Made by a program: the position numbers and the translations under genes. Shown in pieces: positions 1 through 7,273 of a DNA stretch of 24,961 bases. Position 1 is the first letter of the stretch. Each line of letters opens with the position of its first letter. This stretch comes from a virus. Lineage: Duplodnaviria; Caudoviricetes. Below the pieces are notes generated by a model. That model was not told where the DNA came from, did not search any database, and saw only the letters and a list, made by a program, of their open reading frames with translations. The DNA lies in IMG/VR virus record IMGVR_UViG_3300049228_000029, positions 1 to 24,961 of that record. One strand, written 5' to 3'.

Positions 1-3
1 GTT

Positions 4-54
4 TCAATGTGGCACGGCCGTTACAGTGTGCAGGGATTTGGTAAGCGTTTTCAT
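4..54 (-). CDS. Possible 16-aa leftward peptide MKTLTKSLHTVTAVPH
   Basis: ATG at 54-52, AAGGA SD 9 nt upstream (68-64), TGA at 6-4 inside the left IR arm. Very short and no recognised family. Confidence 0.3.
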   Translation of the reverse strand: MKTLTKSLHTVTAVPH

Positions 55-87
55 GTTCGTGGTTCCTTTGGTTCAGTGTGCAGCGCC

Positions 88-116
88 AGTGTGAAGGCTC
101 CGGCGCTGGCGGTCAA
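88..116 (-). promoter_or_regulatory. Putative leftward sigma70-type promoter TTGACC-N17-CACACT
   Basis: -35 at 116-111, 17-nt spacer, weak -10 at 93-88. Overlapped by the inverted repeat CAGCGCC (81-87) / GGCGCTG (102-108). Confidence 0.4.
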
Positions 117-144
117 CAACTATTTGCGGCCCGCAGTCAATACA

Positions 145-160
145 TGCAACGGCCGTGCCA
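145..160 (-). promoter_or_regulatory. sigma54 (RpoN) -24/-12 consensus site, leftward
   Basis: Minus strand reads TGGCAC-GGCCG-TTGCA, an exact fit to TGGCAC-N5-TTGCW. The mirror copy at 10-25 (+) reads TGGCAC-GGCCG-TTACA. Confidence 0.55.
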
Positions 161-192
161 CATTGAAACACTGCAGCCGCGCGGCCCGTTAC

Positions 193-475
193 AGCGGACT
201 GACAAAAAAGGACTAAATGTGACAGGCCAATTTAGCCCTAAATTGTCATTTACATATTAAATGCAGGTAATTCCGTTTGTCCGCTTTAGTCCGCTGTCCC
301 CTTGTTTCCCAGTCGCGCGCTGGCGCCGTTACGCTGCAGCGCCGTATACTGCCGCACTGTACCATTTATTATCTATTAACTACTATAGAAGAAAGAAAGC
401 GGACAAGCGGACAAAGGGTATGGATTCAATAACTTGCGCGCGGTCCCCTTTGTGTCCTCTTTCATGAGCGGACAA
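193..475. repeat. Iteron-like AGCGGAC(A/T) repeats around an AT-rich core; candidate replication origin
   Basis: Copies at 193-200(+), 277-285(-), 287-295(-), 398-406(+), 406-414(+) and 467-475(+). AT-rich tract at ~362-397. Confidence 0.55.
424..436 (+). promoter_or_regulatory. IHF-like binding site
   Basis: ATTCAATAACTTG versus consensus WATCAANNNNTTR, one mismatch, next to A-rich DNA. Confidence 0.4.
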
Positions 476-540
476 TAGGCTAAAATCTGGCCGCATTTAA
501 TTTCACCAAACACTGGCCGAATTCACCGCTGGCGCTAAAC

Positions 541-600
541 GTGGCCCGTGAAAATGCGGCGGCGCTTAACAATATTAATGTGGCCCGTGAATTGCGGCGC
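541..600 (+). repeat. Direct repeat GTGGCCCGTGAA..TGCGGCG x2
   Basis: 12-bp identical cores at 541-552 and 580-591 (39-bp period), each followed by TGCGGCG and an AT-rich stretch. Confidence 0.7.
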
Positions 601-860
601 ATATAATAAGTTAACCATTGTCTGTCCCCTTCCGTCCCCTAGTTAATCCCCGCGACGCTGGCCGTATTTAATATGTTAAGCTGCCAGGCCGGCCCTCTGT
701 GCGTGTTTCAGGGGCAGCGCTGCACTGGCCCTTGACTCGCGGCGCAGCGCGTGGTAAGGCGGCGCACCCCTACCCCCTACCCCCGGGCCGTTGGTTCCAT
801 CTGGGTCCCTCGTGCGCCCGCCCACCGGCCAGGTGCCCGCCCAAAATTCACAAAATGGCC

Positions 861-941
861 TATGTTGCAACGCAGCGACGGCCCATACCACAGCGAAAAG
901 TGAAATTAGGTGTCACTTACCATATTATATACGTTGCAACG
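861..941. promoter_or_regulatory. Twin palindromic operator-like sites TAYGTTGCAACG
   Basis: TATGTTGCAACG (861-872) and TACGTTGCAACG (930-941); core GTTGCAAC is a palindrome. Confidence 0.5.
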
Positions 942-963
942 GGCCGAATTACCCTGTTAGATT
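934..963 (+). promoter_or_regulatory. Putative promoter of the packaging/late operon
   Basis: TTGCAA (934-939), N18, TAGATT (958-963), with extended -10 TG at 955-956. Lies upstream of the AGGAG SD and ATG 1001. Confidence 0.45.
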
Positions 964-1000
964 CGGGGCGTACTCGGCCATTTCACACTAGGAGACCACC

Positions 1001-1228
1001 ATGAATACCCTGATCCTGTTCCTCCTGCTCTCTGCGAGCGGTGATCTTGTCGGCGCGAAGGTGGTTGGCCCGGCCGCGGACCAGGTGGATTGCGCCAAGC
1101 AGGCCGCGGCCGTGCTCGAAGCGAACGCCGAGGCCGTTGCGGGCATGAAAGCGCAGGGCGTGCATGTCGTCGTGCGCTGCGTGGACTCCAGCCCGCACCC
1201 CGTTGTGAAAGGGACGCGCACCCTGTAG
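1001..1228 (+). CDS. Small hypothetical protein with hydrophobic N-terminus and two Cys
   Basis: AGGAG SD, ATG, 75 aa, GC3-rich codons; signal-like MNTLILFLLLSASG. Confidence 0.75.
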   Translation: MNTLILFLLLSASGDLVGAKVVGPAADQVDCAKQAAAVLEANAEAVAGMKAQGVHVVVRCVDSSPHPVVKGTRTL

Positions 1229-1238
1229 AGTGCCGGCC

Positions 1239-1679
1239 ATGAACGCACCCACGTCAACCTGGACCCATTGGTTCGCCCTGCAGGCGCGCTCGACTCTCCT
1301 GATGGTGGTCGGCCTGTTTCGCCTCGCGCTGCCCGCTTTCCATCGCGATTGGGTCGTGCGCGAATCGTTCGTGTACCCTGGCCGCTTTGCGCTACACTGG
1401 CTCGACCACAACCTGAGCGTGTACGACAATGAAGAAGACGGAATCAGCGGCGACGCCCGGTACATCCGTGAATCATCCTACGGCCCGCGGTTGCGGACCT
1501 ATGTCTGGTCCGCGCTACGAAATCCGTGCGGTAATTTTCGATGGGGCAACTCATTCGTGGGCGGTCCATTTCGCCGCTGGACCCTCGGCAACTATTACCT
1601 GCAGGCCGGCTTCCGCCCCGACAACGGGTGGCCCGTGTTGAGTGCAGGCCGTAGTCCGGCCGGCGGGTTCGGGTACTGA
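1239..1679 (+). CDS. Conserved-looking phage hypothetical protein (DNEEDG..GD / W.ALRNP motifs)
   Basis: Start ATG 1239 (or GTG 1230). Trp-rich, with YDNEEDGISGD and VWSALRNP motifs of a type common in phage hypothetical proteins. Confidence 0.7.
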   Translation: MNAPTSTWTHWFALQARSTLLMVVGLFRLALPAFHRDWVVRESFVYPGRFALHWLDHNLSVYDNEEDGISGDARYIRESSYGPRLRTYVWSALRNPCGNFRWGNSFVGGPFRRWTLGNYYLQAGFRPDNGWPVLSAGRSPAGGFGY

Positions 1680-1680
1680 C

Positions 1681-2067
1681 GTGGCCGCGCTTCAGGAATT
1701 CGGCACCGGTGCGCTCGTCTCTCGGGACGGCACGCAGTTGTCGCGCGAGGAACGCATCAAGCTGGGCTTGGAAATCCCCGGCGATCCGCGGGCGTTCGGC
1801 CTGCGCAAGATCGACGGCATCACGGCCAGTCGCCTGCGGTACGCCCTGAGCGAACTGGTCGCGCTGAACATCGACAACATCAACGTGTGGATTCAGCAGG
1901 TCGCGGCGCAGAGCCCGAAGGCGGCCATTGAACTGATGCTCGAACTCGCGCAGTTCTCGCTGCCGAAGCTCAAGGCAATTGCCGTGCAGGTCGATGACCG
2001 CAGCGCGAATCCGCGGCAGATGTCGGTGGCCGATCTGCAAAAGATAATCGAGTCAGGCGGCGAGTGA
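1681..2067 (+). CDS. terS: Probable terminase small subunit
   Basis: Directly upstream of terL with GTGA overlap; helical, C-terminal FSLPKLK motif. Start taken as GTG 1681, right after the upstream stop. Confidence 0.6.
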   Translation: MAALQEFGTGALVSRDGTQLSREERIKLGLEIPGDPRAFGLRKIDGITASRLRYALSELVALNIDNINVWIQQVAAQSPKAAIELMLELAQFSLPKLKAIAVQVDDRSANPRQMSVADLQKIIESGGE

Positions 2068-3632
2068 GTGAGGCACTGAAGGCCGCCGCGCGCGAGTTGA
2101 AGCGGCGCCTTCGCTGCCGCACGTCGCTGCACAGCTTCGCGCTCAACATCGACATCCCGACCGCGCCCAGCGGCGCGATGCACCCTGACGAGGACCTGCT
2201 GGGTCCGGCCGCCGGTCTCATGGCGATTCACCACGCGGCGATCCTCGGCGTCCTTGAGCGCACGATGAACACGCCGTTCGGCCGCTGCATGATCTTCGCC
2301 CCGCCTGGTAGCGCGAAGTCGCTCTACAGTTCCGTCGTCGCGTCGGCGTGGGAAATGGGCCGCAAGCCCGGCTCACGCATCATGCTCACCAGCTACGGCT
2401 CGAACATCGCCGAGCGCCAGGCGCGGCGCGCGATGCAGATTTGCGAGCAGCCTCAGTACCGCGACCTGTGGGATGAAGCGCCGGTGCTCGACCGCACAGC
2501 CGCGGGGGACTGGTCGCTGTCCAACACCAGCAACATGCTGTCGATGGGACTCACGGCCGGTCTCACCGGCAACCGCGCCAGCGGCGCGATCATCGACGAT
2601 CCGGTGGCCGGGCGCGAGGAAGCGGACTCGGAGACCGAGCGACAGAACACGCTCGACGCGTATCAGGACGATCTGCTGACCCGTCTGCTGCCCGCCGCGT
2701 GGCTCGGCCTTATCATGACTCGCTGGCAGGAGCAGGACCTTGCGGGCTCGCTGCTGCCCGACGATTACAAGGGCGAGTCGGGCATGATTAAGTGTAAGGA
2801 CGGCATGATGTGGGAAGTGCTGAACATTCCCGCGAAGGCCGAGCAGATCGACGATCCGCTGGGCCGCAAGCCCGGCGAGTATATGTGGCCCGAGTGGTTC
2901 CCCGAGCAGCACTGGCACATGTTCGAGAAGGCGCCGGGCCGCGAGGCGCAGCGCGCGTGGTCCTCGCTCTACCAGCAGCGGCCCGCGAACCAAGGGGACG
3001 GGCGCTTCACCGAGGAATGTATCGACTATTACCGCGAGGGCACGGCGCCGCCGTATCTCGCCTACGTCGGCGCGGGCGACTACGCCGTGACCGTCGGCAA
3101 GAACGACTTCACGGAACTGGGCGTGTTCGGCGTCGATCCGAACGGCGACTTGTGGGAGGTCGATTGGTGGAACAAGCAATGCGACACCGGTGAGTCCACG
3201 GAAATGACGCTCGACTTCGTGAAGAAGTACAAGATTCCAATGTGGTTCAACGAAGGCGGCGTGATCGACAAGGCGATCGGCCCGCTGATGAACCTGCGGA
3301 TGCGCCAGCGGAAAATCTACACCGATCGGCGCTCGCTGCCCTCCATGCAGGACAAGATGGCGAAGGCCGCGTCGTTCCAGTCCCGGTGCTCGGCACGCGT
3401 CGTCCACTTTCGCGACAACGCCAACAGCCGGCGCGTGGTCGGCCAGTTGCTTTCCCTGCCCGCCGGGCGCTACGATGACGCGGCGGACGTGTGCGGCCTG
3501 ATCGGCCGAGCGGTGGATCAATTCCCCATTGCGCGCGTCCCGCAGAACAAGCGGAAGGAGGGAATCAAGCCCTTCACTGCTGCGTGGCTGGAGCACGTCG
3601 AGGAAGAAACGAAGAAGGTGCGCTACAAGTGA
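2064..3632 (+). CDS. terL: Terminase large subunit
   Basis: Walker A APPGSAKS, Walker B IIDDP, IMTRW coupling motif, SLYQQRP linker, RNase H-like nuclease residues (GDYA..D, YDDAAD). Confidence 0.95.
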   Translation: MSEALKAAARELKRRLRCRTSLHSFALNIDIPTAPSGAMHPDEDLLGPAAGLMAIHHAAILGVLERTMNTPFGRCMIFAPPGSAKSLYSSVVASAWEMGRKPGSRIMLTSYGSNIAERQARRAMQICEQPQYRDLWDEAPVLDRTAAGDWSLSNTSNMLSMGLTAGLTGNRASGAIIDDPVAGREEADSETERQNTLDAYQDDLLTRLLPAAWLGLIMTRWQEQDLAGSLLPDDYKGESGMIKCKDGMMWEVLNIPAKAEQIDDPLGRKPGEYMWPEWFPEQHWHMFEKAPGREAQRAWSSLYQQRPANQGDGRFTEECIDYYREGTAPPYLAYVGAGDYAVTVGKNDFTELGVFGVDPNGDLWEVDWWNKQCDTGESTEMTLDFVKKYKIPMWFNEGGVIDKAIGPLMNLRMRQRKIYTDRRSLPSMQDKMAKAASFQSRCSARVVHFRDNANSRRVVGQLLSLPAGRYDDAADVCGLIGRAVDQFPIARVPQNKRKEGIKPFTAAWLEHVEEETKKVRYK

Positions 3633-4813
3633 AAATCCCCGGTGTAGTCTACAGCGCGGCCGAGGGCGTCGAGTCCGGCGCCAAGAGCCCGGCTATCTAT
3701 GTGGGCAGCGCGAACCCGAACGGCGTCGTGACGGCCGCGCTCGGTTCGCTGTTCGTCGAGGTCGTCGGCCAGGCGATGTACGTGAAGACGACGGACGGTG
3801 GCAACACAGGCTGGGCCGCGCTCTCCGCGGGCGGCGGCCCCGTAACGTGGGGCAGCATCACCGGCACGATCGGCAACCAGACGGACCTTATCACGCGCAT
3901 CGACCTCGACGCGGCCATCGCCGCAGCGCTCGCAGTTTCGGACCACGTTGCGCTCGCGGACCCTCACCCCATCTATCTCACACAGGCAGAAGCAGATGCA
4001 ATATATGACGCGATTGGTGCAGCGATTTCGGCAGTGGCGGCGCACGTTGCTGCTCCAGACCCGCATCCGCAGTATCTCACTACGGCAGAAGGCAGCGCTC
4101 TATTTGCTCCGCTATCTGCATCAGGGCTTCGAGGGGCCACGGGGGACGAAGGCGAACCCGGCGAGCCCGGACCTCCCGGCCCGGCCGGCGTCGCCGGATC
4201 GCCCGGTCAGCAAGGGGCGGCAGGGGTATCTGGAAGCATTGGCCCACCTGGAGACGACGGTAGCCAAGGCGAAGACGGCAGCCCAGGCCCGCAAGGTCCC
4301 GCTGGTGTAGCGGGCACCACGGGCGCTGCTGGCCCGATGGGGCCGGCCGTGTTCATGGAGGCAGAGCCGGGCGAGGATGGGGCCATCGGCCCACCGGGGC
4401 CGGCTGGTGCCACCGGGGCACAAGGTCCGCCGGGTAGCGGCGGCAGTTCGACCGCGTTCATTTATCTCGAGGCGGACATGGGGGAAGACGGCCCGCAGGG
4501 GCCGCCCGGCGCGACAGGTCCGCAGGGGCCGGCAGGCGGTGGCGGCGGGACCGTGACCGAGGTCGAAGTTGACTTCGGCACGAAGCCGGTCAAAGATGCA
4601 ACCTTCACAATCACGGATGGTACGGTGTCCGCTACGAGCAAGGTTCAGATTTCGGAGTCAGGGAAGGCCGCCGCGTCGCGCGCCTCGGGCGACGCGCAAT
4701 GGGATAGCATCCATTGCGCCGCACTCCCCGGCACCGGACAGTTCGTGGTATATTGTCTCGCTTTTCCAGGTCCCGTTGTCGGGAAACGAAAACTTCACTA
4801 CACGGTGGCATAA
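3629..4813 (+). CDS. Collagen-like fibre protein (probably head fibre/decoration)
   Basis: GTG 3629 overlaps terL stop. Fibre motifs GSANPNGVVTAALGSLF..YVK..GNTGW, WGSITGTIGNQTDL, two H..DPHPxYLT repeats, Gly-X-Y tract ~4124-4535, C-terminal beta domain. Confidence 0.85.
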   Translation: MKIPGVVYSAAEGVESGAKSPAIYVGSANPNGVVTAALGSLFVEVVGQAMYVKTTDGGNTGWAALSAGGGPVTWGSITGTIGNQTDLITRIDLDAAIAAALAVSDHVALADPHPIYLTQAEADAIYDAIGAAISAVAAHVAAPDPHPQYLTTAEGSALFAPLSASGLRGATGDEGEPGEPGPPGPAGVAGSPGQQGAAGVSGSIGPPGDDGSQGEDGSPGPQGPAGVAGTTGAAGPMGPAVFMEAEPGEDGAIGPPGPAGATGAQGPPGSGGSSTAFIYLEADMGEDGPQGPPGATGPQGPAGGGGGTVTEVEVDFGTKPVKDATFTITDGTVSATSKVQISESGKAAASRASGDAQWDSIHCAALPGTGQFVVYCLAFPGPVVGKRKLHYTVA

Positions 4814-6280
4814 ATGGCAGTTATTGACGGTGGCGGAAGCACAGCAGGAAAAGGCAACGTTGATACGGCGTACAACCAGAACGTCACGCTGCCGCGTCTT
4901 CCGACTGCAGACTCGACCTCCGGCGTAGGCTTCGCCGCGCTTGCGGGCAAGAACGACGACGGCACGCTGGTCGCGGGCGGGCGCATCAACCGCGTTTACG
5001 TGTCCGAAGGGCAGAGCCTCAAGATGGGCCTCGCCAATCTGCTGTGGGACGACGATTTCAACGCCACCGCACAGAACACGAGCGCCTACAAGTGGAACGC
5101 GACGACGCAGACCGGATCGCAGGCGGGCGGCTATCTGATCCTGAACACGGGTGCGGTCACGACTATCAACACGAACTGTGCCCTGCAGACGAGCCGCACG
5201 TTCCCGCTGTACGGGAAAGCGGAACTCCGCTGCAATACGAGCGCGATGCTGACGCAGGTTCCGCAGGCGAACCAAGTCACGGAGTTCGGCTTGTTCACCG
5301 CGACGCTGCCCGGTGCCGCCATCCCGACCGATGGTGTGTTCTTCCGCTACAATGCTGCCGGCGAACTGCGCGGCGTCATCAACTACAACGGCACGGAGAC
5401 GCAGACGGCCGCCATCACGGCCCCGTCCGCGAACGTGAACCACGACTTCTGCATCGTCACGCAGACGAACACCGTGCTGTTCTACATCGACGACATCCTG
5501 GTCGGTAAGGTCAGTCTGCTCACGGATGCCCCGACGCTCGGCCAGCCGATGATGCAAGCCGCGGTCCCGTGGACCGCTCGCCAATATATCGGCGGCTCGG
5601 CCCCGGCTCTCGCCACGCAGTTGAAGGTCAGTGGCGTGTTCATCACGCAACTCGGCCCGGATTCTGTGCAGGACTGGCCGACGAAGAAGTCCGGGTACGG
5701 TCATATGGCGTATCAAGGGCAGAACGGTGGCACGGTCGGCACGACTGCAGCCTACGCGAACAACGCGGCGGCGGGCGCGGGCGCGGCCCTCACGAACACG
5801 ACGGCTCTCGCGACGGGGCTCGGCGGCCAGGCCGGCATTCTCCCCACGCTGGCGGCAGGCACCGACGGTATCGTTACCTCGTTCCAGAATCCGGCCGGCG
5901 GCGTCAACCAGACCCCGCGCAACCTGATTATCCGCGGCGTGCGCGTCCAGGGCGGCGTCAGTACCATTCTGGCGGGCGGCCCGGTCATGTATGCCTACTC
6001 AATCGCCTACGGCCACACGGCCGTCTCGTTGGCTACGGCCGAGACGGGCTCGTTCGTCGTGACCCCGACGAAGGCCCCGCGCCGCATCCCTCTCGGGTTC
6101 GAGACCTACGCGGCGACGGCGGCCGTTGGCGTCATTGGCGCGGGCGTGTACGTTCAGTTTGCGACACCAATCACGGTCGCGCCGGGCGAGTTCATCGCTT
6201 TGGTGGCGAAGAACCTGGGTGTTGTGACGACCACCGGCGTCATCGTTCTTCTGGTGGAATTCGACGGATACTTCGAATGA
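4814..6280 (+). CDS. Beta-rich virion structural protein, possible lectin/jelly-roll receptor-binding domains
   Basis: 488 aa, starts 1 nt after the previous stop; Thr/Ala/Gly-rich; DGVFFRY...VLFYIDD pattern reminiscent of ConA-like folds. Confidence 0.75.
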   Translation: MAVIDGGGSTAGKGNVDTAYNQNVTLPRLPTADSTSGVGFAALAGKNDDGTLVAGGRINRVYVSEGQSLKMGLANLLWDDDFNATAQNTSAYKWNATTQTGSQAGGYLILNTGAVTTINTNCALQTSRTFPLYGKAELRCNTSAMLTQVPQANQVTEFGLFTATLPGAAIPTDGVFFRYNAAGELRGVINYNGTETQTAAITAPSANVNHDFCIVTQTNTVLFYIDDILVGKVSLLTDAPTLGQPMMQAAVPWTARQYIGGSAPALATQLKVSGVFITQLGPDSVQDWPTKKSGYGHMAYQGQNGGTVGTTAAYANNAAAGAGAALTNTTALATGLGGQAGILPTLAAGTDGIVTSFQNPAGGVNQTPRNLIIRGVRVQGGVSTILAGGPVMYAYSIAYGHTAVSLATAETGSFVVTPTKAPRRIPLGFETYAATAAVGVIGAGVYVQFATPITVAPGEFIALVAKNLGVVTTTGVIVLLVEFDGYFE

Positions 6281-6289
6281 GGACGTCAT

Positions 6290-6502
6290 ACGCAGTCCGC
6301 AAACCTCGACTTTGCCACGGTGCAAACTCTTTGTAGCTTCGGTGGCACGCGCATCCTTTACACCATCGGGGGCGGTAGGGTAAAAAAGTTGTGCCCGCTG
6401 ATCGGGGATAACCCTCCAGTGTACATTCTGTCCGATAACGTGCCGGTAGCGACGTTCCTCGCGCTGGCCGCGGATTCCGTCCTGGTTGACGGCCTCAGCT
6501 AG
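6290..6502 (+). CDS. Cryptic ~70-aa ORF (ACG start, or readthrough of TGA 6278-6280)
   Basis: 73 open codons in frame with the upstream gene, 51 ending in G/C by hand count. GAGGA SD (6279-6283) lies 6 nt before the in-frame ACG 6290; GTG 6320 has no SD. Confidence 0.55.
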   Translation, partial: TQSANLDFATVQTLCSFGGTRILYTIGGGRVKKLCPLIGDNPPVYILSDNVPVATFLALAADSVLVDGLS

Positions 6503-6514
6503 TCAGAGTACGAT
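6486..6514 (+). promoter_or_regulatory. sigma70-type promoter TTGACG-N17-TACGAT
   Basis: -35 at 6486-6491, -10 at 6509-6514, upstream of AGGAG SD and ATG 6559. Confidence 0.7.
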
Positions 6515-6558
6515 TCCCGCCACTACAGCTTCTCGCCTTACCGTAGGAGACCCTTTCC

Positions 6559-6936
6559 ATGCAGAATAAAGCCTTCAACTTCGGTCCAGTCGCGCTGTCC
6601 AGCACGCTGACGACCAACATCCTGAACCCAGGTGCCGGCGCCCGCGCCACACCCCCGGTCGGATACACCGATACCGTGGCGTACATCATCCTGAAGCACA
6701 TTCGAATCGTGAACAAGACCGCAGGCGCGGTCACGTTCTCGCTGTACAAGGGTGCGACGGGCGCGAACGCGGCCGGCACCGAAGTCGTCGGCACCGCACT
6801 GTCGGTCGCCGCCAACTCGGCCTACGACTGGTACGGCTACATGCGCTTCGACTCGGCCGACTTCTTGGTCGGTGGCGCGAGCGCGGCCACGTCGCTCACG
6901 ATTCAGGGCGAGGGCGAAATCGGCGTCAGCGGTTGA
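6559..6936 (+). CDS. Small beta-sandwich virion protein (possible head spike/fibre base)
   Basis: AGGAGA SD, 125 aa, IILKHIRIVNKTAGAVTFSLY strand pattern typical of small jelly-roll virion proteins. Confidence 0.75.
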   Translation: MQNKAFNFGPVALSSTLTTNILNPGAGARATPPVGYTDTVAYIILKHIRIVNKTAGAVTFSLYKGATGANAAGTEVVGTALSVAANSAYDWYGYMRFDSADFLVGGASAATSLTIQGEGEIGVSG

Positions 6937-6940
6937 CGCC

Positions 6941-7273
6941 ATGAAACTGACGAATCTCGCCCGCTCGAAATCCGAGGTCAAGGAATCCCCTTCGACGAAG
7001 ATCGACAAGCAGCACTTCGGGTACGGCACACGTCTGCGACTGGAGAAAGAGGACCTGAAGAAACTCGGCCTGAAGCTGAAGAACGTGGGCGTCGGCGACG
7101 TGTTCTGCGGCGAGTTCGAGGCGGAAGTCATCTCGGTCAGCGAGAACCAAAGCAACGACTACAGTTCATCGAGCATCGAGCTACAGATCACGAAGCTGGG
7201 CCTCGAAGCAGAGGAAGACGACATCGGCAGCGCGATCGACGACGCGATTAAGGAAGCCGGAGAAGATGCGTGA
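6941..7273 (+). CDS. Capsid staple/cement protein, epsilon15 gp10-like
   Basis: ATG 6941. FGYGTRLRL..EDLKKLGL...VGD....AEV..VS....IELQITKLGL resembles, from memory, the YPxGLxIxL..L.KL...VG..LQIT staple pattern. Confidence 0.7.
   Translation: MKLTNLARSKSEVKESPSTKIDKQHFGYGTRLRLEKEDLKKLGLKLKNVGVGDVFCGEFEAEVISVSENQSNDYSSSSIELQITKLGLEAEEDDIGSAIDDAIKEAGEDA

Larger units (their letters stand above)
1..169. repeat. Perfect 22-bp inverted repeat (1-22 / 148-169) enclosing a 125-bp spacer
   Basis: GTTTCAATGTGGCACGGCCGTT (1-22) is the exact reverse complement of AACGGCCGTGCCACATTGAAAC (148-169). The left arm may extend beyond the window edge. Confidence 0.9.

Noticed and set aside
193-640. CRISPR-like array
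   Set aside because: Repeats are only 8-12 bp, in mixed orientation and irregularly spaced; no cas genes.
732-760. Promoter TTGACT-N17-TAAGGC
   Set aside because: The -10 lacks the conserved final T and no gene follows closely; too weak to call.
7-1004. ORF-track calls in the first kilobase
   Set aside because: No SD, non-coding composition, and they overlap repeats and promoter elements.
3491-3628. Longer upstream starts given by the ORF track (3491, 6752, 16275, 17830, 18434, 19816, 24264)
   Set aside because: They overlap upstream genes or lack an SD; coupled or SD-supported downstream starts fit better.
6278-6300. Genome-wide UGA recoding or selenocysteine insertion
   Set aside because: TGA is the normal stop of most genes here, often coupled to the next start; the downstream hairpin is short and not SECIS-like.
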